Notes under the pieces: generated by a model
The model's input: the letters and a program-made list of their open reading frames with translations, nothing else
Told to the model about the DNA's origin: nothing
Database searches by the model: none
Part shown: positions 26,368-38,698 of the stretch, in pieces
Layout: each line of letters begins with the position of its first letter
Position numbering within the stretch: the first letter of the stretch is position 1
From: Octopus bimaculoides
Taxonomy: Eukaryota
Reading direction: 5' to 3'
DNA length: 64,000 nt
Assembly (NCBI RefSeq): GCF_001194135.2
Contig: NC_068989.1
Coordinates: forward strand, 67,321,408-67,385,407
Position numbers and translations under genes: made by a program

Positions 26368-27092
26368 ATTTTCCTTCACCAGATTGTTTTTGGATAATGT
26401 GGTTTTAATGTGCCCTGCTGATGACTGCCCAAAATTACATAAACGCTTGTGACTTATTTAATCTACAGAATGGACTAAACAGAACAGGAGGATACATGTA
26501 GATAGAAGAGTTGCTGAAGAGGTCATAGATGTTTGACAAAAGATTTCCAGATAATGGACATGGAAGAATGAATATATAGTATGTGTTTATTTGGCAAAGA
26601 AAAAAAAATGACCATCCCGAAATATAACAATACTTAATAATTTCTAGAAAAAAAACGAATGCAATTTTCATCATCAGCATGCAAAAACTGCATCTAAGCT
26701 GTATTTTGTGTGTGTAATTGGGTGAAGATTTGAGGGAGCTTCAGGTAGTTGGGGGAATTTAACAAGATCCCATGTAATTTTGGTTTCGTTTAGGGACCAA
26801 AATTTCCTGATTTTTCTATAAAATTAAGGAAAAAATTAACTGGGCATGCATCTATCACAGCTCATACAATTATATCAAATACAGACCCATGTAAACAATA
26901 AGATTGCATTAGCCTTAATTAAACAATTTTTAAAAAATATTTTGCTATAAAGTTTTTAAGGAATTAAATTTTTCTTTCAAAATACTGAAAAATTATATTG
27001 GTTTTCTTTTGTACACAATTTGCATGGTTAATAACAAGTCTCTGTGTTACTTTATGATTATTTTGGATTGGATGTTAGTGAGTGGGACAATT

Positions 27093-27679
27093 TTAACCCT
27101 TTTGTTACTGTATTTTTTATGGTATAAACTATTTTTGTTTTAAATTAATTTTGAAAATAATGAAGAGTTTAGTAAAATAACTGTCATTATTGAACTATTG
27201 TTTAAGGAGTGAGCTGGCAAAATCATTAGCATGCTGGGCAAAATGTTTAGTGGCATTTTGTCTGGGGTCAATATATTTGGCTAAGCTTCTTCCACAAAAT
27301 CTCAGGATTTCGCTTATCACAGAAAGGATTATTAGTGTTTGGAACATAAATTAGCATGAAATTTTAATAGGAAGTTTTAATTTAAATCACTTTAACTCTT
27401 TAGCATTCACATTACTCTGTCAAATGTAATACTTATTCATTCATGTTGTTTTGAATTAATCTTGCATTATCTCATAGCTTTGAGATTCTGAATATGTGAT
27501 TGTTTATTTTTAGAATGACATTGTAGAGTAGGTGTGAGGGTCAGATCTGGCCACTTTGAAAATAAAACAGGTAGAACATTCTGGGCTGGATATGGCTGGC
27601 TTAAATGGTAAATGGTTAAAAAAAATGTTCATACACAGAACTAGGGGTGGTCTCAATCAGGTGATATCAAAAGGGATAA
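27093..27679 (+). mobile_element. MITE family A with nested SINE fragment and nested MITE B
   Basis: Left TIR ttaacccttttgttac at 27093; right TIR gatatcaaaagggataa ending 27679; interior interrupted at about 27204-27330 and at 27392-27619. Confidence 0.7.
27392..27619 (+). mobile_element. piggyBac-like MITE family B inserted at a TTAA of MITE A
   Basis: ttaactctttagcatt...aatggtaaatggttaa; TTAA at both ends. Confidence 0.7.
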
Positions 27680-28078
27680 GTATTTTATGTCAGTCAGTTA
27701 CTTTAAATATGTTTTCATGACCTGAATTAATACTGGGCCTAGTTGGTAATGAGAATGCAGGGATAAACTTCAGCAGATTGTAAAATTCTCAGAAACATTA
27801 CTATGCAGGTATACTATTGATATTTGTTTCCTTTTAAAATTTGTTTGTTAGGTGCTTCAGGTGTTCACATTCAATTACATGTGATTCATTTCTCAAGCTT
27901 CACTGTTAGTAGCTACTCAATATTGTTTGGATGGTTATAATATGTGAATTTATTATCTTTGCCTTTTATGTTTTTCTTTATATTTTATATTTATTAATGG
28001 TGATGCCCTAACATGGCCACCACCTGCCTGAAACAAATCACAGAATAATAGAATACCTGAATAGATTTTAGTTTACAA

Positions 28079-28478
28079 TTAACCCTTTTGCCACCCTACT
28101 TCTGTTGAAATACACTACCTTCGTCTCAATTGATTTTGAAAATAATGAAGAATTTAGTAAAATAACTGTCATTAGATTACTGTGAGCATTCAGATTACTG
28201 TCAAATATAATACTTATTAATTCGCATTAAGTTAATCTTGCATTATCTTGTATATTCAAGATTTTGATGATGTGATTGTTTATTTTTAGAATGACATAGC
28301 AGGATGGGTGTAAGAGGTTGGATCTGACTGATTTGAATGCAAAACAGCTAGAATATTTGGGCCTGATATGACCACTTTAAATGCTAAAGATGCTAATTAA
28401 TTAACCTGGTATTTGGAACATAAATTAACATGAAATTTTGATCACTATTCTCAGGCAGGTTGGTAGCAAAAGGGTTAA
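28079..28478 (+). mobile_element. MITE family A with MITE B nested at about 28180-28400
   Basis: TIRs ttaacccttttgccacc / ggtagcaaaagggttaa; internal agcattcagattact...tttaaatgctaaaga matches family B. Confidence 0.65.
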
Positions 28479-29085
28479 GGAAGATATCAAATTTTATTAA
28501 AGAAAATCTTTTAAAAACCTTGATTATAAACGTTATCTTTACAAGTCGACATTTTCTTTTCTGTACATTAATTACAACTTTTGATTGATGTGGTTTAATT
28601 TGGCTTATGAATTAAGAAATTTGTGTTGTTAATTATAGCTTATGGAAATGCAATTATTGAATTTCCACAGGTTATTTATCAAACTACATTATCCTGTGTA
28701 TCTATCCTTTGTTTTCTAAGTTGGCAGGATGTAGTTTGAAGTAGATTTTGCTGCTATTTCAAGCAGGTAAATGACCATGTAGCAGCTCCCTCATTTGCTT
28801 AGATATAGTGGAAATTGGGTCACTTCCAATGTTAAAATTAAACAGCATTAAAAGTTATTAAGTTACAGGTGATTTTTATCATGAAAGTTCTTCAGAGTTG
28901 AATACTTTTACTTCAGTTGTAGATGAGTTCAGCTAGTAGCGGCTTAAGTTATAGCTAATTTGACAGCATTATTTTACAGTTACTCATCTTAGTTTTATAT
29001 ACATTTACTTTTAAGAAGTTATTTTTATAATTAGGTTAGCTCATTCATATATTTTTTAATTCTTATTATGAAACTATTTTACTAT

Positions 29086-29542
29086 GGCACAGGCTGTGTG
29101 ATTAAGAAGTTTGGTTCCTAAATACATGGTTTTGGGTTCAGTTCCACTGTGGTACTTTGGGCAAGTGGTTTCTACTATAGCCCTGCACTGACCAAAGTCT
29201 TGTGAGTAGATGTGGAAGACAGAAACTGAAAGCAGCCTCCTGAGTTTAAGTTCAAATTCATTTGAGCAGTGTTCTGTCTGTCTGTCTCTCTCCTTCCTTC
29301 CCTCCCTCCCCCTCTCTCTGTGAGTGTGTTTGTGTTTCCTTGTCTTGACATCATGTCATTGTTGCAGATGAATGTCACTGTCATACAAGCAGTCTCATTT
29401 ATTTCTAATATTCTTTGAAAACATATCTGGCCATGGTGGGGAATATTACCTTGCTTGGAAAAAGGTGAATGTTGGCATCTGGCCTCAGAAAATCTTCACA
29501 CAAGCATGCAAAAATGGATGTTAAAATAATGATGATGATGAT
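29086..29542 (+). mobile_element. SINE S1 head with ATG-tail body
   Basis: ggcacaggctgtgtgattaagaagtttgg...caagcatgcaaaaatggatgttaaaataatgatgatgatga. Confidence 0.7.
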
Positions 29543-29647
29543 ATTTACCAACCAGCAGTTAAGTGAAATTGATATTTACTTGACTGAAACAAATGCAGTA
29601 AAATGTCTTGCTTAAGAGTTACAATGTAAAATATCTGTGACAGAATT

Positions 29648-31176
29648 TGAATTGGCTTTCTTACTATTGAGAGGGTTACTTACAGAATTATCTTGGTTGA
29701 GAAGTAGTATGCAGTAGGAGGATTCCACACTAAGTTTGTCTTGGCAGGAAATTTTGGAGGAACAAAAGATGGTAAGAGTAAGAACTTTGGATTAAAGAGG
29801 GTTCTGGACGCATGCAAATGGTTAAAATTGGAGTGACTTGAAAGGAAGCTTTCTATCGTGTGATCACTTGTGAATTATGGTTATAGTTAATTAAATTAGG
29901 TATATGCAACACTGATTTCTTCAAAGACTTTTAACCTCTTGCTCCCCATTCAGCCTTTAGCCATCCATTACAGTCTTCGTTCCCATTGGATCATCTGCCC
30001 TCTGTCTTATCAACAAGACACAGCTTTCAACTGAATAATAATTCTTCTCTCATTCAAATATATTATCATTGGTTTTGTCTGGAAGAAAGGGGCTGTGTAC
30101 ATGACATTTGCAAGTCTTCTGAGATCAATGAGATAGATGCTGTTACTGTTCTACTTGAACTGTTTTGATTTGAGGGTCATGGCAAAGTTGTGCTAGAAGG
30201 GACTTCCAGAAAACCAAAACACTGAGAAGAAAGGACTTGGTATGATGGTCAGTATGGGGCCTGGGAGAAGTGTTAGACATAATTGGGATGGTGTGAGGAG
30301 GAGTGACAAGTGAGTCAAAAGTGCTTGGGTAGGGGTTACTAACATCACTGAGGAACAGTAATAACAGTAGCATAGGCAGAGAGACGAGACAGCACAGCTA
30401 TGGACCAGGGGCTGGAGTTTATTTGTGAGTGATTTCATGCAAATTAGTTGAATGACCATTCTTTGACTGTGGTCTAGGATGTGGGAGCACTACTTCATTG
30501 TGACAAAGAAGCCCTCAGTAATATGAAGGTCAAGCAGTTAAGTGATAACAAGGGCTCTATTTGTATGCTGCTCATGTTTAAGGTGGATGAGGTGTGATGT
30601 TTTCTTATGTGCATTGGATATGTTTCACTGTTGAAGGGGATAAAATTGATACGATCCCATTGGAGGATGTTTTGAGACCTCTATTCAGAGTCAATGTAGT
30701 TTCAGTGTGAGGTGTCTTAAATTGCATGTGAATGATGCTTTGGTATGGAAAATTAAAGAGGAATGAAGAGTGATATCATGTGTCTATTTCTTGTGATCTA
30801 ACTGGTCAGAGCTTCTTTGTTGTTTGCAAACTACCTCTAGTAAAAAACGTATGTGCCTCAGTCGTGAAAAAAAAATCTCTTGGCTATAATGTATATCTTT
30901 CGCATCCTTCACACAACCAAATCTCAAACCACCTGAGTGGTTCACTTACCTGCCCTGCAAATGTATAAGCAAAGAATTTACCCAGTGCCAGTATATAAAC
31001 ACCAGAAAAGCAAAGTCTGCCTTTGTGCATCACATGGCCTTCACACTCTCTTGCCTCCCAAATTACAGCTGGTTTCCTGCCAAGACAAACTTTGTGTGGA
31101 ATCCTCCTACTACACACTACTTCTCAACCAAGATAATTGCGTAAGTAACCCTCTTAGTAGTAAGAAAGCCAATTCA
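29648..31176. repeat. 104-bp long-range inverted repeat (29648-29751 / 31073-31176)
   Basis: Arms align without gaps, 7 mismatches counted by eye. Confidence 0.85.
30120..30780 (-). mobile_element. Decayed CR1-group LINE RT C-terminal fragment
   Basis: Minus-strand remnants DITLHSS, ILQW, PFN, LLDLHIT, CSHILD resemble the post-YADD region of CR1-like RT; many stops. Confidence 0.4.
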
Positions 31177-31699
31177 TTTACTGTTAGTTCTACCTGCAGC
31201 TCCACACTACGTACGTATCACAAAATTCTTCTCATATTCTCTCCATCCATCTTTGAACGACATACATCCAGTTAAGTGTCAAACTGATGGAGTGATAGGT
31301 CCGAGTGATGTCCCTGTAATTACTGTCAAACTGCACTCAGATCTTTTCAGACAGGTGTAGAAACTCTAAAATATTCAATTGTGGCTTATCATCAGTTGGG
31401 AAAGAATTTCTTACGAGGAATACATTCATAAAAACAGCTATTTTTATCTTCACATTTTATTAAATTTTCTTATAATTCATCACATTTGGCTGAAGTCTGT
31501 GGATAATCTTTGCTGTTAGTGAGTAAATGTTTATGTGGCAAGTTATGAGTGGTAAAAAAACAATCTGGCTTAATATTGATTTTCTTTCTTTTACTTCATC
31601 TATCCATTGGGCTGTGGCTATGCTGGGGCACCACCTTGTTGAGTTTAGTTAAACAAATTGACCCTAGTACTTTTTTAAAGTCTGATATATATTTAGAAA

Positions 31700-32118
31700 A
31701 TGGATAGTTGTGTGTGTGTATCATCATGCCACCACGCATACACTAGCACTGACCACTTCCCAGCCCCACCTCCACACACATACACACATGCACATGTCAA
31801 GGTCACCAGCCTTCTTCCACATGCACATACATGCCATCTTATACACACGCACGTGCTCCTTCTTTTTGGGATCACCACTACTTTATTATCTCCCCTTCTT
31901 CCTAGCTCTCCTGTGTGACCCCTCTGTCCGGCATTTGCCATGATAGATCGCTAGCCACCACACATTCTTCATCTTCTCTCCTTGTTTCTTTCTGTGGAAG
32001 AGCGTAGGCTCGAAACGTTAAAGACTTTTTCACTTCCCGAGCGTTAAACTAATACATCTGTTTGTTGTCTACACTACCTGTCTTTGTCTTTTGTTTTTCT
32101 TTTTTGTGAATTCTCCCC
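31700..32118 (+). mobile_element. Penelope-like element terminal/non-autonomous fragment carrying the hammerhead-like motif
   Basis: C/CA-rich 5' part, then gaagagcgtaggctcgaaacgt (the GAAG...CGAAACG signature of PLE ends) and a T-rich tail; CpGs retained; abuts a SINE fragment. Confidence 0.5.
31987..32024 (+). ncRNA. Minimal type I hammerhead-ribozyme-like motif with variant core (CUGUGGA), in a Penelope-type element end
   Basis: TCTTT-CTGTGGA-A-GAGC(GTAG)GCTC-GAA-ACGT-T-AAAGA: 5-bp helix I, 4-bp helix II, palindromic ACGT helix III, GUU cleavage triplet. Core A6 is replaced by U. Activity is unknown. Confidence 0.5.
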
Positions 32119-32119
32119 C

Positions 32120-32248
32120 AGGAAGGGCATCCAGCTGTAGAAACTCTGCCAAATTTAGATTGGAGCCTGGTGTTGCCATCCGGTTTCACCAGTCCTCAGT
32201 CAAATCATCCACCCCATGTTAGCATGGAAAGCGGACGTTAAACGATGA

Positions 32249-32252
<4 letters not shown>
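32120..32252 (+). mobile_element. ATG-tail SINE-like 3' fragment
   Basis: ggaagggcatccagctgtagaaactctgcc...ggaaagcggacgttaaacgatgatgat, then (AT)n. Confidence 0.8.
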
Positions 32253-32286
<34 letters not shown>

Positions 32287-32573
32287 CTAATGCCTACTTT
32301 TCTATGGTTGCATGGGTCAGACAGAATTTGTTGCAAGATCTTCTACAGCTGGATGTTCTTCTTACCTATTTCCAAGCAAGGTAATATTTCTCCATGACCA
32401 GACATGTTTTTGCAGAAGACTGGAAATGATGACACCACTTGTATGACCGTATCACTTGTTTACAACTATCACGTGATGTCAAGACAAGGATACAAACATT
32501 ATGGGCTTTTAGTTTCAACCAAATCCACTCACAAAAAGGTCCTGTTATTTAAGTTGAATAAAGAACATACCTT

Positions 32574-32609
<36 letters not shown>

Positions 32610-34478
32610 TCATCTGAATTTTAGTTCATAGTTTTTATATTAAATTTATCTAGATATTTGCTTTGGCTTCTGAACATTAGTCTACATACAATATCGTCAT
32701 CAATAAAGGCAAACACTGTATTTAAGTGATTAGAAGTTAGTATTGTTATCAATTATTCTTTGGAAGGCATCTATGACATTCTTCAGTCTGAAAAGCATTT
32801 TACAAAACTAACATGCTGTAAAAAGTTGATCAGCAGTATACAGCTGAACTTCATTATAAGCTTGTTATGAATTTCAGCTTGTTAAAATAATTTGTTTTTA
32901 GATGTTAATAACCAAAGCTGAAATTAAAGGTAAGAGATAAGCATCTGAAGGAGTGAGTTGGTTAATAGCTTGTTAATAATCTACTACCATTCTTAGTGTA
33001 TTAGAATTTTTCACAACTAAAACCTGGGCAGGTCAAGGAGAAATATTGACCTAGTATCCTGTTTTTCTATGAAGAATTCATTTTCAAAGAAACAAGTTAC
33101 CTTTTCAGAATGAAATTGTCTTGTAGTGATAATTGCATTAGAATTTTTTATCAAAACCATTAACATTTTGAAGTGGACCTATTAGTAGTAGTTGGTTAGG
33201 GAGCAGATTGGAAGCATAAGTATCATTTTTTTGTGAAGAAACATAAAACCTTATTTCCTGCGTTAAAGGTTCACAAAAATAATCTATTATTGAAAAATTG
33301 ATATTATAAATATTGTCATTAAGAGTAATCTCACAAAAAGAAAAATAATCTCTAATTACTTTCTTGCATGTAGAAAAATCCATAATAATCACAGAAATAG
33401 ATTTAATTGCCGGTTTCATACTAATGGCAAAATAAATGTGAATAAAGTTCTCTGTATTTCCTGAATCAATTACTGTGTCAAAATTTTTGTAGTTGTAACT
33501 TTTGACTTTAGAGTAGAATCTGAAACAGCTGTAAATATCATAAAATTGGTACTGGATGACTTATTAGTAGATCCACATACTTTTGAGTAGTGACCTTTTA
33601 TTTTTACTTTAAGAATGACAAAAAAAAAAAAAAAAATTCCATGCTAGGATAATCCTGTCATTTATGAATCTTACTACCACAAAAAGGAAAAGAAAAAGCT
33701 TTTTCTAATAGAAGCCAGATGAAGAGAATCATTAGAATTATATTGATCATGTTGTAAAGGCTCTAATACCACATTAGTGGATTGTGAATTATAGCAATTA
33801 GCAGTCGTCTGAGCCTACTCCAATGCTTGTGTTTTCTGTATTGCATCATCTAATTTGACTTCGCTATTGTCAAGTAAACTTTGATGTATAGCGTATTGTT
33901 AGTCTGCAATAAAGACATCTCATATCCCTTCTTCACAATATCCACCGTCATCATCATTGTTAATGTCCACTCTCTATGCTGGTATGGGTTGAATGGTTTG
34001 ACATAGAGCTGGCTAATAGGGAGCTGTCCAGACTTCAACTGTTTGTTGTGGCATGGTTTCTATGGCCAAATGCCCTTCCTAACGCCAACTACTTAGCAGA
34101 GTGTGCTCGGTGCTTTCTATGTGTCACTGTCACAGGTGTGTTTATGCAGCACCGGCACAGGTGCTTTTTAAGTAGCACTGGCACCTGAAAGGACAAGCCT
34201 GTATGTGTGGAAGACAAACAAGAATTTCAGTTTAGAGGTTGTAAGACATGACTGAACTCTGTGATGGATTCAGATGCTTCTTTCTTATGAGTTCCTAAAA
34301 AGGTGCAAGTATGTCTGTTTAACTAAGAAGCTTGCTTTCTAAGTATATGAGTGGTACCTTGAGCAAAGGTTTTCTACTTTAGACCTGAGTTGACCAAAGC
34401 CTTGTAAGTGGATTTGCCAAGTGGAAACTAAAAGAAGCCCATTGTATGTATCTATCTATATATATATATATATAAAAT

Positions 34479-34745
34479 GAGACAGAAAATGGAATTCATG
34501 TGATTCTTTATTTAAAACCACTACAATCATTTAAACTCCTCATGCACCCATACACTACAGGTGAGATGCTGTACAGTGCATTATAGATGCCGTGTCGATG
34601 TGTCGCTTCAGGTGATGCATCTGCACCTTTTTATGCATGACAATTGACTGTACAGCATCTCACTTGTAGTGTATGAGTGCACGAGGAGCTGAAATGATTG
34701 TAGTGGCTTTGAATAAAGAGTCTTGTGAATTTCATTTTCTGTCTC
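34479..34745. mobile_element. Foldback/MITE-like element with 99-bp inverted arms
   Basis: 34479-34577 is the reverse complement of 34647-34745 with about 12 mismatches; 69-bp spacer. Confidence 0.7.
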
Positions 34746-34902
34746 CTCTTTTCATATTAACACCACAGATACAAAGGTATTCCTGAAGTAAATCCAGTGG
34801 CATATACCTTCATACTGTTGTTGACATTAGGTAGCAAAATAATGTGGACAGGCTTAACCAGCATATTACAAGGTGTCTACCCAGATATAAAACTATTACT
34901 AT

Positions 34903-35058
34903 AGGCATGGCTGTGTCGTAGGAAGCTTGCTTCCCAACCACATGGTTCTGGGTTTCGGTCCCACTGCATGACACTTGGGCAAGTGTCTTCTACTATATCA
35001 TCAGGGTGACCAAAGCCTTGTGAGTGTATTTGAAAGGTGGAAACTGAAAGAAGCCTGT

Positions 35059-35092
<34 letters not shown>

Positions 35093-35545
35093 ATGTCTGT
35101 GTTTGACCCCTCCCTCCAGTCACCACTTAACAACTGGTGTTTGTGTGTTTATGTCCCCGTAATTTAGCAGTTCGGCAAAGAGACTGATGGAATAAGTACA
35201 AGGCTTACAAAAGAAGAAAAGTACTGACGTCAATTTGTTTGACTAAAACCCTTCAAAGTGGTGCTCCAGCATGGCCGCAGTCTGATTGACTGAATCGTGT
35301 AAAAGAATATACACACGTGTGTGTGTTCCCTTGTCTTGACATGATGGATCTAAACTATCATACAAGTAATACTACTTGTTCTAGACTATCATGAAAAGAA
35401 TGCCAAACCATGGAAAAAATATTACCTTGCTTGGAAACAGGTGAGGTTTAACAATAGGAAGAGCATCTGGCTGTAGAAAATCTGCCCCAACAAATTCTGG
35501 CTGACCCATACAACCATAGAAAAGTGGACATTTAAACGATGGTGA
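34903..35545 (+). mobile_element. SINE S1 composite carrying both body types
   Basis: ataggcatggctgtgtcgtaggaagcttgcttcc...; body 1 to about 35305; body 2 to aaacgatggtgatga. Confidence 0.75.
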
Positions 35546-36479
35546 TGAAATGCAAAAATTATAATTTTTGGTTTAATGTACAGAGATTCTTATTTATTCA
35601 AGCCCCTCAGTAAATGCATGACTAGATGCAGTAAGATTCATAGATTCTTTTTATAGTACAATTTTACTTTGTTTAAAACATTTTGAAAATACCTATATGT
35701 AACCACTGTGCAGTACCAGTGTAACCACATGGCCTGAGCTTGCAGATCAGATGTAATATCTAATAATTTTGGCTGTAAAATTATTTTCTGCTTGTAGTTA
35801 ACCAGAAGTTTGTCTGTTTCAGTCCATTTATATATTTCACTTTTCATCTCAAGATATGCCTTCTGTTGGCTGTGTGGAAACCAAGTAGAATGATTCCTAT
35901 GAAGACTTTAGCTTTCCATTCCATGGTATAATAGTATTGATACAAGGCCTGAAATTTGTCAATAGTAGAATTAGTAACATTGATCCCAGTACTTGATTGG
36001 TACTCTTAATTGACAAAATACCTAGTGGTATACAAGGTGTTTCATCTGACGCTCTAATGATTCTGCTAATCTAACACTAAGTACCAATGATAACTCTAGT
36101 AATAACAAGAGCAGTAGTAGCAATTATAGTAATAACAATACTGAATGTGTTTCACATGAATCTATTAGAAAGTTAAAGAAATCTTTGAATCAGAAATGGC
36201 TGGGAGTGTCTTGTCTATACAGGACATACTTTTCAAAAGTTTTATACAGCGATCTGACTCTGCTACAATTTCTGTTATGTGTTATTTGACTGTCAAGCAA
36301 GTGCATACACACTGTAACTGTCATTAAATTTAAAACTTTGCACATATAAAGAATGACAAATTTCATAGTCATCATTGAATTTATATCCATATGGATTGCA
36401 TAGATCTGCATAATAAATTCTAATTTATTATCTGTTCCTCTGGCTTAGAACTTTTTATAGTTTTTTTAGTTCTTTTTAT

Positions 36480-36880
36480 AGGCACTGAAATAGCTCTGGT
36501 TAAGAAGCTTGCTTCTCAGTCATGTAATCTTGGGTTCAGTCTACTACATGGTATCTTAGGCAAGTGTCTTCTACTACTGCTTAGGCTGATCAAAGGCTTG
36601 TGAGTGTATTTGGTAGACGGAAACTGAAAGAAGTCCATCGTCTATGTGTGTGTGTATGCTCTTGTCTTGACTGCATGTTTTGGTCGTTAACGAGCAGCAC
36701 TGTCTTAAAGCACTGTTCTTTTCCAGTTTTACGTAAAAACTAGAAATATGGGAAATATTACTTCGCTTGGAAACAGGGGAAGGTTGGTGGCAGGAAAGGC
36801 ATCTGGCTGTAGGTTATTTGCTTCAGCAAATGCTGTCTGACTAATGCCAACAGGGAAAAGTGGATGTTAAGCAATGATGA
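36480..36880 (+). mobile_element. SINE S1 head with ATG-tail body
   Basis: ggttaagaagcttgcttctc...gtagacggaaactgaaagaagtccatcg...gtggatgttaagcaatgatga. Confidence 0.7.
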
Positions 36881-38664
36881 GGCCCTTTCCTGTATTCTCT
36901 AGCATATACTGTAATCCTTCAGATATACACTTCATGTAATCCTTTGTTTGTGGGATAGAATTGCTTGCTATAAAAAGTTTCAACAGCTCTAGAACATTGC
37001 AGTCACTCAAATTCTGGAAAGAAATCTTTGGAATCAATGCAGCTCACAATGTTAGTTGCATTTATCCATTCAATGTACTTAAACTTTTTTGGGCCACTAT
37101 CTGGTCTGCATATGATTTAACAGAGTCCATTCTACTGTAAGTATTCAGAGCAGATCTTCAGTTTGAAGATGTCTCAATGCTTTAATGTACTACTTCCTAC
37201 TGTAGCAACCTGCCATGTTCCCTTTGTCCTTGAAGCCCTTTAAAGGTCATGGGTACTGCATTTTCTCTGACTAAACTATATAAAAAAATGTTCCTTGATA
37301 TTTCTAATATTTTATACCATTATTTATTCTTCACTAGAGATTTTCTAATATAATGACCTTCATCGTTGGAAACTTAGTTCAAAGAGTTCTTGTAATTCAT
37401 TAATTTTATTTATGGTTTATAATTTGCATATGTTATTAAACAAGGATTTTTTTTCTCAGTACTTTATTCTGTATCCTTAGAATTCAAAATCTGCTGATTT
37501 ACAGCTTTGCATAGTAAATTACCTTCGTTGTCCTACAAGATAAATTTGTCAACTATATTTGGTTGTAACAATTATTCTGGCATTCAAAATTTCTTGGTAT
37601 TGATTGTTTTTGTGATCTGTATGTAATGCCTCATTCTCCCATGTTAGTATAGTGAGGTGGGTTTTTTTTCTTTACAAATTTGGGTGTTTATATTTTATTG
37701 AAGCTGGTTTACTGATTGAGGTACTTCACACAACTAACCTCCATTTCTAACACAAAGTGTGTGGAACTTATCTGTCATTTAGATGATGCTATATGCTTGC
37801 CCGAGTAAACAGCATATTGGATTGACTCTTGATATAGACAATTGTATCATAACTATCCAATTTAATGTTTCCTTGCTTTGTAAATTTTCTTGTCATCTAA
37901 AGTTTGTCATTTAACCCTTAACCTGTTGAAAATTTTCTTAGTTAAAAGCCCAGTCTTGTAATGATTCCCTTACAGAATGGAAATGACCAATAAAGGGAAG
38001 GATTAGAATTTTCTCCCTTGCATTAAAGAGTTCCACATTTCCTTTAAAATCAGTTTAAAGGTTAGTATGATTCTTGTGATAGTGTGCAATTCAGGACTGG
38101 TTAACTAATGCAGTCTACTGTGGTATTGTGTCATTCAGGAAATTAAGAGTTAAGATGTAAAAGTAATTGTGCAAAAGGTTACTGCTAGTTTTGTGTAGAA
38201 ACCTCTTTTGTAGTGTCCTGTCACAAAGTTTAAATTTGTTAATGGTCTAGAAAAAGTAATGAATAGTTGTAGGAAATATGCAAATATGCAAATAATTTTT
38301 AACTAAAAACTACGTGAAATTTTTGTATTGTGCAAGTGTCAAGTCTTGAGACTTGAGCATGGCCAACCGAGTCCTTGTACACACAGAACAGATATGGTGA
38401 AGTTCATGGTGAAAATTATGTCTCTTTACATAAGCAAATATATATTTTGTTTCCCACTATTTTATTGAGTCAAACACTTGCAGTTTGTTTTCCATTCTTC
38501 ACACTAGTAAGTATAAGCGTTATCACTAATAAATATTTAATGCATGGGTTGAAAATGTGCTGTATGATATGACTCATAGCATTGACTTCAGATATTGTTA
38601 CTATGGAATTAGTTGTCAATATTCCAATCTTAATTTATCAACAGTTTGGCAATATCTATAAACA

Positions 38665-38698
<34 letters not shown>

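Noticed and set aside
33138-33419. 93-aa minus-strand ORF in AT-rich DNA
   Set aside because: No recognisable domain; a few ORFs of this length are expected by chance across six frames of 64 kb.
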